From: Moniliella sp. 'wahieum'
Taxonomy: Eukaryota
Length of the DNA stretch: 64,000 bases
Direction: 5' to 3'
Assembly (NCBI GenBank): GCA_003971905.1
Contig: RSEE01000010.1
Span: 496,001 to 560,000, forward strand
Part shown: piece by piece, positions 38,305 to 50,956 of the stretch
Numbering within the stretch: position 1 is the stretch's first letter
How the letters are laid out: every line of letters starts with the position of its first letter
Position numbers and translations under genes: made by a program
The notes under the pieces: model-generated
Database searches by the model: none
What the model was told of the DNA's origin: nothing
The model's input: the letters and a program-made list of their open reading frames with translations, nothing else

Positions 38305-39719
38305 GTAGGCGATTGGTTCGTGTCGAGGGGCGAGCAGGGGAGAGGCGAGGGACGAAGATGGCCGATGTGACTGACAGCGTCCTCGCAGCGCACACTTTAT
38401 GGGCCGCCCCAAGCCCAGGCACCAATCATCAATCACGCGTCACGCGCAGAAGAAGACGGCACTACGCCAGCCGGGGGAGCACACTGCAGCCATGCGGGGG
38501 GGGGGGCGAACGAGGCCTCGTGGGGGGCATCCAATTGGACTTCTGCGCGTTACGCTTCAAACTGCAAGCACAGATGGCGAACTTGAACGTTCAGCCTGAA
38601 CTGAGCGCGTCCCACCGGCACCGGCGGACCGGCGGACCCCGCGGCTGCCCCGCCTCGCAACACAGGGGCGCCTCTGCGCGTCCAGCGCTTAGATCGGCAA
38701 GTTCAGTAGCAACCCTACCTACCGCCTTGGACGGCATTGCCCCCCCTCCCCGCCGCTCCTTTGCCCGTCGCCCCCCCTCTTCCACACCCTCACCCGTCAC
38801 CCGCACCGCCTTTTCACAGGAGCCCACTATCGACTATCTGTATCAGCGCTACGCGCTACGCGCTCCGAGCTCAACGTGCCTCGGGCGCCAGAGATAAGAA
38901 CCCAACCCCGGCCCTGAGCCTGACGCCTGACGCGTGGGTTCTGAGTATTGAGTCACTGAGTACATGCCTCGCCACTAGTGCTGTCAGCAGAGTGACCGAT
39001 GACCAGCCTGACCAGTGACCAGTGACTAGTGCAAGTGACATGTGACAACTACTCGTGCAGTGCCAGTGAGATCTGAGACTTCGACCCACGCCAAGCTTGG
39101 CCCCAACTCGCGGTGCTCGATGTGCCTCTGCCGATATACTTGCCGACGAGGCAGAAGCGCAGAGTTAGCTGTGATATCCGAGCCAAAGGACGATGTTGCA
39201 GGGACATGGCACGGTGAGTACTACCAGTGGTCCAGCACCCATCTCGGCGTTTCGTATCAGTACGTTATATCAGTACCAGTACTCAGGGTTCAGGCACACA
39301 TTGTCTTCCGACACTGGCCGTGTATAGAGCCGGGGCCGGCGCATTCCCCCCTACTTTCCACCACCTTCTGACTTGCGAACCCATCTCCTTTGCCTATCGT
39401 CAGCACAGCCCACCAGACCGGTCCGTGGTGTAGAAGACCAGAGAGCAGGCAGTTGATGTGGAGCATTGCATTGCACATGATGAGCTACAACAGAGGCCAG
39501 AGAATCTTCCCGCCCTCCAGGACGGAATATTGCAAGGAGTGGAACGTAGTGAACCTGAAGCTCTGAAGCTTGAAGCTTGAAGGTTCCGAGCTTGGGCTAC
39601 TGGCGCCACTACACCAGTGTGGCTTCCCACGTGGCGACAGGGTCCTTTATATTCATTGGCTTCTGGCATGTCTTACTCGGAAAACACTTGGCCCCCGGGC
39701 GCTGCTGGACGGCGAATCT

Positions 39720-40140
39720 GAGGTGGGAGAGCACTTTGCCAGGCGCGCCGGGCAGTCGCGGCAGTCGCGGGGTTCGGCAGTGATCTCGTCTCCGGGATTG
39801 ACCTGCCCCACACCTTTCGGTGTGCCCGTGAGGAGCAAGTCGCCCACCTCGAGTGTCATTGCATGTCATGATGCATCCTGGTCCTGTGTAGGCTGCGCGC
39901 CGTCACATGTCGATGGCCAATGTGTGCCCATCAATGTACCCCTTCGTCTTGGCTGCTGCAACGTCCTGTCCCGCCTTGCCCATCCCAACACCCAGCTCGA
40001 CTGGGAATGGGAACCACGTCAGGAACTCATTGGCTGGTTCCATCTCATCGATTTGGAGGTGGTGCACCGCACTACCCACCCCCGTCGCCCGCGTCATTCC
40101 ATCTGCATAGAAGGACGATTTATGTCCCGTTGCTAGTGTC
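39720..40140 (-). pseudogene. Internally deleted FAHD1-type fumarylacetoacetate hydrolase family pseudogene
   Basis: VHH..VELGVGMGK, LAIDM(T)ARSLQDQ joined almost directly to [20 protein letters not shown]. The central region is missing and there are in-frame stops and small duplications. Confidence 0.75.
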
Positions 40141-41271
40141 CTGACTGTGTGGTTTAGGCGTGGGCGACCGAGAAGGATCGATAGGTTACGAAAACCCCCT
40201 CCGTAAAAATATTTACCTGCTATCACTAGCAATGCGCTGATATCGATCCAGCTTCCAATCCACTGCGGCACTTGGCAAGTTGCAGAAGTAGAGCCAGGTG
40301 TACTCTGATACCATTTCAGTTCCCATCTTTAGGCCCCATCGAACGATCGAGCCTGTCGTCTCTCTCCATGGCGAAGTTCTCAGTCCAAGATGGTGGGCGC
40401 GTGAGAACTGAGCCTCAATCCTGAGCAGAAGCATCCAACACGTGACATCACGGCGCACGTATAATACTACCCAGGTTGGCCAGACAACGTCCATGCTTGC
40501 GTCCGTAGGAATTCATCGATGATTGGTCAGATGGCGGCATTGGAATACTGACTGCGTTGACGTTGATGCTCGGCCCAAGTCGTGTCAAAAGTTGGTCTCT
40601 GCTGAAACGGCTGAAGGCTGAAGCTTGGTACCAGAGAAAGGGATGTGATACACGAGTAAACGTTGGCCGGGGTGCTGGGAGGCAGAGGCGGGGCGAATCG
40701 GCATATGCTAGACCTGCTGCATCGCACAAGCTACAGCAAGTTCTACGCCCTGGGGGTTCCGGCAGTGAACCTTGTGAACCTTGTCTCATTATGCCGTTCA
40801 TATTTAACTTTGAAGAATCCCGCTTGACCAATCATCTCCTCTTCTCTTCTCGCCGTCAACGGTACACCCTACCTCTCACGCACGTATGTCTCCCGGACAC
40901 GGCCTCGTCGCGGCCGGTCCGTACTGGGAAACGGTATTGCGCAATGGGAGCGCTCCCACGCACCAAGAAGCACCAGCACCGATCCGATCCGAGCATCGCA
41001 TCCCTGCTGCGCGCCATGCGGGGCGAACGTCCGCGGCAAACGTCCGCGGCGTGTAGGCTACCATACCCGTGCCCCGATTACGCTGACATGACCAATGGGA
41101 TCGAATCGACCCAGTCTCGGCTGTCGACCCAGTCCCGGCTGGGTCGGCGGCGCCGAAAGCAACCAGTCTGGCTGCCTCCAACCCATCAAGCACTAGGAGT
41201 GGGGGCGTGGGGGTAGAAACCCATGCGTGGCTCGCAATGCGGGCAAGCGACGTGGGCGTTGGAGACGGTTG

Positions 41272-42253
41272 TTAGCCGGAAGGGACTGGGGAAGGGGACA
41301 AGGCGACGACGGGCGAAGCCGGTGGCGCATCGTCCCACTTGCCTCGGAGCGGGGGCAAGGCCAAGGCAAAGGCGTCGGAGGAAGTGGCTTGGTCCTCGGC
41401 GGGGCTCCATCCTGCTCGGGGAGGCAAGCTTCGTTCAAACGCCATGAGCGCATGCACGAATCCCAGGTTGGGACACGCCTGTCGTCGTTGGCCTACGACA
41501 AAGTCGTACGCGCGTACCCAGGACCAGTGGCGGGCGTGCATCAGGTACGCGACGACGGCCACCACAGACCGGCTTTGGCCAGCAAGACAGTGGACGTACA
41601 CTGGGCTCTGGGCTTGGTGAGCGGCGTCTGGATCAGAGTGCCAGGGGGTAGGCTAGGGGTGAGTGGGGCGCCAAGCGCAGCGCGCTCTCGCGTCTGGGGC
41701 GGAGCAGGTAGGGCAGGACACATACCAAGGAAAACACACGCTTGTCGCATCCCGTCCTCCACCTCGGGCGCATCAACAAAGTCCCGGAGAGGGATGCGGT
41801 GGACGAGGTCAAAGGTGGAAGCAGATGCAGGTTGGGCCATCCGCCGGGGGGGATTTCCTCGGCCATATTGAGGATGCGGCGCACGCCGAGCTGGTGCAGA
41901 CTGCGGACCTGGGCGGGGGTGGTGATGTCAGGTCCGAGGTAGAGAAAGTTGGGGATGATGCAGCTCACCTCCTCCTCCTGCTTGGGTGCAGGGGTGTGGA
42001 GGAGGGGCGCGGTGTTGAGTCGGGTGAGCTGTGGGCGGCGTGTTTTGAGGGGGGGGGCGAGGGAGGGAGCGCGGCGGGGAGCGGGGGAGGGCGGGACAAG
42101 GGAGGGGGAGCCGAGCGGGCTGCTGGGCTGGCTGGAACGGGGGGGGAGATCGGCCCAAGGACGGCGCTCATGGCGCTCGTGGGGGGGGGACGGGATGCCT
42201 GGGCGGGAGTACGGGGAGGCAGGGCGACGGGGGAGGCGAGCGGGACGCTTCAT
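41272..42253 (-). CDS. Dual-specificity protein phosphatase (MAPK-phosphatase-like)
   Basis: IIPNFLYLGP, LGVRRILNMA, catalytic VYVHCLAGQSRS, AYLM and PNLGF. Confidence 0.9.
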
Positions 42254-42750
42254 GTGCGGGGGCGGATGGAGGAGGAGGCGGTTGGGGGGGCAGGCGGCGG
42301 GAGAGTGGTGTGGACCCAAGCTGGGCCAGAAGGCCAAGGCCCAATCATAATCACCGCCCAGCCGCAGCTGGAGCATGGCATGCGTCCTGGGCCAGCAGGC
42401 AGGCACTTAGGCACACTATGCCTATGCCTAGGCACGACGCACTGCACCCGCAGGACGGGCAATGGGACGCAGCGCACGCCAGGCACCGCAGTGGCACTGC
42501 CAGGGCCAGTGTCACGCGTCACGCGTCACATGTCACATGCATCCGCCTCAGCAGCGCTCTGCCTGCGCTGCGCTGCGCTGCCCTCGGCTGCCGCGGCGCC
42601 TGCAGCGGCCCAGCTTGCTCCAGCATGCAGCACTCCAGCACCCCAGTGCCCCCGCGCCCAAGCGCTCCAGCCTGCTCCCGCCCGCTCCAGCCCCCAGTCG
42701 TCGGAGCTGCGGAGAAGGGCGGACCGATCGGTGGCGGCGGCGGGTAAACA

Positions 42751-42789
42751 AACGCTACAACGCTACAACGCTACAACGCTACAACGCTA
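42751..42789. repeat. (AACGCTAC)x~5 microsatellite
   Basis: Direct 8-bp repeats. Confidence 0.9.
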
Positions 42790-44646
42790 ACGTTGCATGG
42801 CCAACCGTAGCGTTACATGTTACCCCGGCAGAATAACCGGTGACTGAAAATCAAGTCACTAGCGAACCAGCAACTCCGGAATGGTACCAGAATCCCAGCC
42901 TCGCGCACCGCCCATGCCTCCCTTGCGCTCCGTCTTGCCCCCTCTTTCTGCTGCGTTCGCCCCCCCCCCCATTTATTTGTTCCAGCCGCAGCGTTCCACA
43001 CGTTCCACGTCACACACTACACATGCCCACGCTCCACCGCATCCGCGGTAGGATGCTCGATGATGGATATTGTGTCGATGATACCAGCTGTCCCCGCGCT
43101 CCGCTGGCACCCGGCCACCCTGCCTTTGGTCCTCGGTTGCGTTCGCCTCAGTAAAGCTAGTAAGACGTTACCCGGTGACCGGTGCCGGTGAAGGGTGAAG
43201 CTCGGTACTCGTGTGATCAATATTCAATGCCAATGCCCCTCAACCAGCCCGGAGCTCTTTCCGTTGGCCCGCCTAACGTCTACCTCTACCACACTACCGA
43301 GAGAGTCCACCAGACGCAGTGCTCGGCCAGCCGGCCAGGCCTGCCTCAGGCCTCAGGGCCATCTCGTCTTGAAATACGAGTGATGCGTTCGGGGGATACC
43401 CCTTCGGCGTATAGGTTTGCCTGGACCGGGGTGGGTGGGGGGTGTTGGGCATGGACGACGGCGTAAATTACACCCGTACGGCAGAGTCTGTGGTAATGGA
43501 AATGGAAATGGCAGGAGAACAGGACATGTGACATGCATGTGACCCAGGCACGGCAGATGAAAATACGGGGGTGCCAGCGTCGAGCGCGCCAAACCTCCAG
43601 AGCTCCGCTACGTTGCGGCAGGGGGGCAGCCACCGTCGCCTGGGGCCGCAGAGGGCACTAGACGGCAGCTCCTGGCTGACCAGTGATGGGATTGCCCGCT
43701 GAACGGTGACCGGTGACCATGTGAATTTTCAGGTTTAAAATTTAATTCAGGGCCATTTATTGGATCGTGGCGCCAACGCCATGCCAACGCCAACGCTTTT
43801 TGCCGCCCAGCCCCAGTCCCTCGGGCATTGGCTGCGTGTGCCGAGGTCAAACGAGGGGACTTGTACTTGCCACGGGCGTGGGGGAGGGATCGCTTCCGCC
43901 CGGTTGAACGTGACGTGCGTCTGGGCCTGAGGATCTGAGACCCCAGCGCCTCAGCGCCCCAGCCTGAATAAGGAAGGCACCGAGTCGAAGCGGCGCTGGG
44001 ATCTGAGAGCCAGGCTGCGCCGTGGGCTACCAGACGCGCTGATCGCTCCGTTGATCGACAACATGAGTCGATCATGCCCATGAGAGATTGTCGGTTGCAA
44101 CAAGTCCCCTGCATCGTGAGGGCGTCAGACATGTGACCGACGATCGTGTCCATCCCGGTCGCACCACAGCCGCATCTGCCGCCCCCCACAGTCCGAGCTG
44201 AGAAGCTCCCGCCAGCGCCGCACCTTCCCTGGCAAGCCCATCAGATTCGTCCAACCCTTCCTCTGCATTACCTGATGCCTCAGGGCCTCAGGCGTGACAC
44301 GTCTCATCGAGCATTCTCGTCAGGCATCCCTCCCCCATCTCTCTCCAGGGTAGCTCAGGGGAGTAGGAGTACTGAGGATCTGAGTGCTTTCTTCGTCTGC
44401 CTAATTAAAAGCCGGGCCAAGCCTGGCCAAATGCCAGACCCGTATAGCCGCTTCTGCTCGCTCCACACGCCGAGAATCCGCCAGCCCGCTTGCCTCTTCT
44501 GCAGACGACGAATAAACAATGTTATACCTAGCACAGCTCCACATCCAACATTCCAGCCTCCCGCATCTGGCCACCGCAACCAAGCCCCATCCGGCACCAT
44601 GCACCATGCACCAGCCCCCTGCTCCACGGACCGTCTGTGCCAGCGG

Positions 44647-46731
44647 TCAAGCTGGAGCGGGAGCCTCGCCCGAGGCGGATTGGTCCAGCATGCTGCCCAA
44701 GGCGCCTACCACCGCATCCACCTCTTCCACCGGCACACCCCCGCACGAAATGGAGATGAGACGGCGGTACGCGGCCATGGCGGGGCCGGTGCCTTGGGCG
44801 GCGAGCGCCGCGTCGCAGTACGCCGTCTCAGCGGCCGAACAGGCCTTTTGGGCACGTAGGACCGCGTCGCGCGCCTGGGCCAGGTCCGCGTCCAAGTCGG
44901 TCGCAGGTTGCAGGAAGGCTTCTACCGTGCCTGGAGCCGCGTTCGGAGTGGCGACCAAGGTGGTACCGCCGCCGGCGGTGCGGAGACGTTTGGCACGAGC
45001 GCGCATCGACGCATAGGACCGCGCTAAATCTTCGCCCGCCGTTTGGCCACGGCAGCTTCGAGACGCGGTCGCGCTTCGCCTCGTGCTTCGAGCGCGCCTT
45101 GGCCTGCCTTGGCGCGCTGGGCTAGCGTTTCCAGTGCCCGTTCGCTCTCGGCCGACTCGGTGGCAATTTGCGTCTGCAACGCTTGGGCTTGCGATAACAT
45201 GCGGTCCGACTCGATCAGCTCGGCATCGTACGCGTCGGCGAGCGCAGTCAGGTGGGAGACCATGGGGCCTACCTGGCTCGCTGCTCGCTGCGCCGCCTCG
45301 CCCACATGCGCTCGCGGAGGAGGCAAACTCATCTCGCCTGGCGCGGCAGGCCCAGTGCGCGGCGGCGAGGCACGGAACCGTTCGTCTTCCACAATGTAGT
45401 CCTCGGCCGACTTGCCTTCGTTGTTGCGTTTCTTGGCGTCCCCTCCGTGTTCGAGCAAGAGACGCACGAGGCGCTTGGAACGGGCCCGCGCGGCCATCGT
45501 CAGTGCCGTCTCGCCCTCGTCGTCAGGAAAGTTGAGGATTTCGGCCAACTGGGTCCCGTACTCGCGTAGTCGCGTGAGCATCGTCTCGAGGTAGTACCGC
45601 GCTGCATGAGGCTTGCCTCGGCTCAGGGCCAAATCAATGGTATGATGGAACACGGTGCGGTCCGAACGATCAATGTTGAGAATGCTGCGGTGCAAGAGAT
45701 CAAACAGTTCGGGGAACTTGCGTAGATCGTAATTGTGCTAAACATGACTGCGCGCATCAATGCCGTCTGGCCCGACGTGTTCACCCGAAACATGTCCGCC
45801 CCGGCCGACAAGAGCAGCTTGACAATCCGTACCCTGCCCATCGCACACGCCAATGCAACGGGGTATGCTCGTCATCGTCAATCGACATGTTGGGATCAAA
45901 GTCAGCGGGGGGCGAGAGCAGCAGGTGGGGCACAGTGGTGCTTTCCGAGATAAAGTAGTCGAGAATAATCTCAGCATAGCGCGCCGCATTGTCCACCTCG
46001 TCTCCGGGGTACCGTCCATACTGGTCTGGCTCGAGCGCCGAGCCACCGCGCACAAACGGTTCTGCGTCCATGGGCGAAGGGGGCGCGACGAGCTCGGGCT
46101 CTCGCTCGGTGGCGGGCTGAGACTGCCATCGCTCGCAGCTTGCACGGACGCCTGCCGCCTCGCGCGGCTCCGCGCGCAGGCGGGTCGAGGTCCATGCTGT
46201 CCGAGTCGGCCGTGGGCTCGCGCTTGGCCTTGGCTACGGCCGGGGTGGCCTTCTTGGCCTTGGTGGTGCTGGCGGTAATGTTTTGGGTGCTGGGGGCGGC
46301 GAGGTGGCACTGGGCACGTAGCTGGTGATGGGCTCGAGAAGGTGAGCAATGTTGTACACATGCGCCAGCTTGATCGCACTCTCGAGCGGGATCCAAGTAC
46401 CTGGCAGACAGAGAGGGTCAGCTTGCGCGCGCCGACGGGCCACGCGCCACGCGCCACGCGCCACGGGCCGGGACAGGACAACGAACGTACCTTGGTACTT
46501 GCCGTACCCGCCCTGGACCTTTTCGTGCGTCTCGCGCTGCACGTCGCGCTCGAGCACGCGGGTGCGCTGGGGCTTGTCCAGGCCGACGACCTTGAGGATC
46601 TGGGTAGCGTTGAGCCAGTTGTCGGCGCGGCGGCGCATGACGGCGACGCTGTTGACCACGCATTCGTACACGGGCACGCCGCTGTAGGTGGCCTTGTAGA
46701 TCTTGCCTTCGACGGCGTTCTTGGGCGCCAT
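44647..46731 (-). CDS. MBP1: APSES (KilA-N) plus ankyrin G1/S transcription factor, Mbp1/Res2-like; intron 46401-46490
   Basis: [23 protein letters not shown] and [17 protein letters not shown]. Ankyrin repeats [15 protein letters not shown] and [10 protein letters not shown]. Confidence 0.92.
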
Positions 46732-47596
46732 GGCGATGGGGGGGGAGGGGCAGAGAGGGGCGCGGGAGAAGAGACGCGCAGGACGGCGGGGGGAGGGAGG
46801 GGGCGGCAGCCGCAATGGACGCGCCGCGTGTCTGCGCACCCGCACGCCCAGGCAGCCAGCAGCAGCCAGCAGCACCCAGCAGCACCCAGCTGCCAGCTGC
46901 CCCCCAGTACGCCGCAGCGGCCAGAGCGCGACGCTTACCTCATGCAGCTCCGCGCCAGTGTGCAGCCGTGCGCACCCACCGCTGCGGCCCCCACACGCCG
47001 CTGCCCATTTCAAGTTTCCATCCCCCGGGCGCATTTCACATTTCAAATCGCCATCCCCACCGGATGCGCACCCCGCCACGCTGGCAGCTGCCCACGCGAC
47101 CCCAGCCGTGTTGCACCGATCCACGCAGGCGCATGGTCTCCGTCCGCCCGTCCGTGCACAACTCGCCTCGGGCTACTCTTGCGCCCACCCCCCTTGGGCT
47201 GGCGCACCGTTACATTGGACTATATATTATACCAGCCCAGCAGCAGCCGGGCGCAACCACGCAGCACGTTCCCCCTTCCCTTTGGGCGCAGCGAGCAGGC
47301 AAATGAGAGTCCAGATGGGGGGAGAATACGAGCAGGTTACAGTACGGAGGATGGGGACAAGGAGAGAGTGCGGAGAGGACAGGAACCGAAAAAGGCATCA
47401 GTGAGAACAAAAAAAAGAAGAGCAAACGCGTCGCAAGAAACGCTGGCACAGATGTAGGTACAGAGCAGGGCGAATGGGGGGTTGTCCCCATTCCCTGGCA
47501 CCCAGCTTGGCTGCGACATGGGGCGAGGAGAGGGGGAGCGCAGCACCCTCATCAAGCGCTGCACCCCACGCCTGCAGCCTACCATAACGCAAGCGG

Positions 47597-49068
47597 TTAC
47601 AAGGCCAGTGCAGCCGCGCCACCCATTGCCGCGAGGGCCGCCGAGCCCAAGCTGGCAAACTGGGTGAGCGCCACGTCGCCAGACTTGGAGCCGTGCTGTG
47701 CATCGTCGCTGCTTCCCTTGCTGGATCCAGAAGAGGAAGAGGCGCTGGGCTTGAGAGTGGCCTGGGAGCTGGAGGAGACAATGCCCACTTCAATCGAGCC
47801 GACGGAGGAGGCGGTGATGTCACTGGCCGAGGGCAGGCCGGAAGGCATGATGTTGCCACCGGTGTACTGCTCAAAGTTGGGGTAGACAAACGATGCTTCA
47901 CGGTACGGTTGGGTCTTGTTCTGGCACACGTGCACAGGGGTGATGTACTTGTAGGCACCGGCGATCGAAGGGTACTCTACAGGAGCAGGCAGCACACGTT
48001 AGTAACACAATCCATCGACCAGCAGAACACGTGCCAAGGAGGGGGGGGGGAGGACGTACCAGTCATCATCATTTGCATCGTGTTCGCGTTGATTTCATGG
48101 GTCAGAACCACGACGCCGCCAGTCTGGCCAGCGGGACCCTTGGCCTTGCTCACGATCGAGGCGTAGTTGGCTTCAATCTGGGAGGTAGGGGCCGAGCCTT
48201 GGGGCTGGATGTTCCAGTCGTCCGTGTCGTCGGTCAGATGATCGTCTCGAGGCCCAAGCCATACGCAATGGCACGCACGCGGTCATCCACATCACCAAAC
48301 GGCGGGCGCCAAGAGGTAACGGTGACGCCCGTCACCCACTTGATCGCTTTGACCGTGTAGAACAGTTCAGCAAACACTTGGCTGCTGGTGAGCGCCGTCA
48401 TGTAGTGGTGGGACCACGTGTGGGCACCAATTTGATGACCGTCCGTCAGACCACTGGGCTTGCAGCGGCCAGTTGAGAACGTTGGATCCAATGTAAAAGA
48501 GCGTGGCCTCTGCTTCTTGGACTTGAGGAAGTCATAGAAGGCATTGTGGGTGCAGTTGGGCCCATCGTCAAAGGTGAGGCCCCAGGTACCAGGCTCGTCG
48601 CAAGTATACGTATCGGGCGGGATCCCAGGCGCCTTGGGATGGACACACTTGGACGAAGTCCACCAGCAGTCCGATCTTGGCCGCATTGTACTGAGTACCC
48701 TGCTGCGAACCCGACGGCTGGCCCTTGGGTGGCGTGTTGGGGATCTTGACTTGCTTCTGGATGTCAGACCAAACCGATTGGGCCTCCTGGTCGCCATTCA
48801 TAATGTCGGCGATCTGCCAGTTGGTCGGGAACGCCTTGGTGAAGGACGAAGCGGGGGCGTAGTTGTAATACTTGCACTCGGTCGCCGTGTCGCTGATGGT
48901 CTGCCACGACTGGTCATTGTAGCTGGCTTGGCGGCGCTGCATGCCACGCTTTGCCAACATCGGCCTGCAATGCGGGGGAAAGACGACGGGGAAGCCGGCG
49001 CCGACGTGGGCGCAGGCCTGGCCCGCCATCAAGGTTGCCGTACTGATCAGGAATGCGAGGTTGAGCAT
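47597..49068 (-). CDS. Chitin deacetylase (CE4), secreted, probably GPI-anchored
   Basis: Signal peptide, WGLTFDDGP, HTWSH, WRPPFGDVDDRVR, Ser-rich stalk and hydrophobic C-terminus. Confidence 0.92.
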
Positions 49069-50956
49069 CTCGTAAGGGCGATCAAGAACGAGTGGTGCCG
49101 TCGAGGCGCGAAAGAGGTGGAAGGGAAGAGGGGGAGAAAGCTGGGAGGGGTGGTGGTGATGGAGAGACGAAAGAGTTGGATCCAAGGGGGAGGAAGAGAC
49201 GGAGGAAGTGTGGCAATGAGGCTCTTTTGGGGGGCGCGAGACCTGAGGCACAGTGGCGAATATAGAGAGCGAGTGTGCTTTCGCGCAGAGCGAGAGATAG
49301 TATACCAGCCCTTGTCGGCATGCTTGCACCCCCGTCTGCCAAGCCGCCAGGTGCTCGCTCACACCCTTAGCTGGCTTGGCGCTGCGGCTCAACGCGCAAC
49401 GCCCACTCAGGCGCAAGAGTGAGATCATGGTCGCCACGGCAGGCCAGCGGTCAGTCAGCGCTTGTATATACGGAGGCAGGGGAGGGAGCGTAGGCTGGTC
49501 GATCCAGTCAACGATGACTTTCATCGATACCAAGTGCGGTCGTTCCAACGGCGTGTCTTGGGCTGAAGCTTGGAGAGCGAGCGAAGCGATCCCAGCACTC
49601 GCCCCGTGGCGGGTGTGGAGCAGGCAGGCGAGGTGCGGGGGTGCGCGCAGAGCCAAGTCTTTACCCCTCGCACTAGCCCTCTGCCCCTGTGGCTCTTGCC
49701 CTTGCCTGCCCACCGACAGGCCACTCCGGGGCAGAAGGGGAGGAGCAAGTCGGTTGACAATGGCTGGGCGCTGGAGGGGCGGGGCTCTGGCGGCGGATGA
49801 TGTCAATGATGGGCCCGGTGACTTCGATGCTGCGATGATCGATGACGCTGACGAGGGTCTGGTGGAGGGCAGCGGCGTGGCTGCGCAAGGGCGGGGAGGC
49901 CCACGCAAATCTCAACCAGCTGCATCATACATCATCCCTCACGCGTGGCACCTCCAGCAGAACGCCCCCACGCCCAACCACCCACCACACATCCCTGCAG
50001 CAGCCATTCAAACTTTCAAGGCAGACACCCACTTCCGGAGGGCGAGCAGCTGGATTAACAAACGAATCGCCAATTGGAGCGAGAGCAGCGCGTGGGCAGC
50101 CTGCCGTCTTGGCGCGCAATCGCTTCCTTTGGAGCGTCGTCCTACACACGTGTCCGCCCTGTCCTCCCGCGTCCTGACAATCCGTCGTCGCTTTCGGGCG
50201 CTGGCAGCAGGTATGGTCTAGGCCCATACGCACAACGCCCAAGGCCTATGGCACCAAGTCAGGCTAGTCGAGTCGGCCTCAGCATCCATTCAATGTGTTC
50301 TGTCTCCAGCTTCAAGGCGTCCCCCAGGCCTCTTCAAGTCTCAAGCTCCAAGCTTCAAGCTTCAAGGTTGAACGTTGAACGCAACATTAAAGCTAGTGGA
50401 AGGCTTGTCGTCTCAAGATCTTCGACAATCTCGCTCGCAGGAGGAGAGCGCGGCATGACTCGCCTGGCTGTGGCAGCCAGGGGCCATCGGCCCGGCGGAT
50501 TAGGTCATCCTCCTCATCAGCAGTCCGAACAAGACATGGTTGGCGGCCTGTTGGGTGGGAGTAACGGGACCATGCAACGGCGCCTGGGCTGTGCTCGGTG
50601 CCCGCCCTGGAGCAGGTAGGTGGGGTGGCGGTTGGTGGGGGCGCTGGGCGAGCGCTTCAACGTCGAGTGCTAGGTGCCCGGCACAGGGGCGCAAGTCACC
50701 GCCCGAATGCACGGACCCCGGCGCAGCTGGCTGTGGGCCCAGCGCCAGCACCGCAGTGGAGCTGTCTGGGGCAGCTGCCTCCACGTCACCGGTCACCCAC
50801 CGCCCTCCCACACGCCCACGCTTCGGGCAGCTGGAGCGCTGGTCAGGGTTGCGTGGTAGGGTTGGGCTTTGCATGGCGTGCCTAGCCAAGCGGGTGCATG
50901 CAATCAAGCAATGCTGCCACACCCCCACAGACCAACACCTCCTTTGCCCCCACACC

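Noticed and set aside
48568..50885. Long ORFs upstream of the chitin deacetylase and DCAF11-like genes
   Set aside because: GC-rich, stop-poor promoter/UTR DNA with Arg/Pro/Ala-biased translations; the real starts are at 49068 and 50957.
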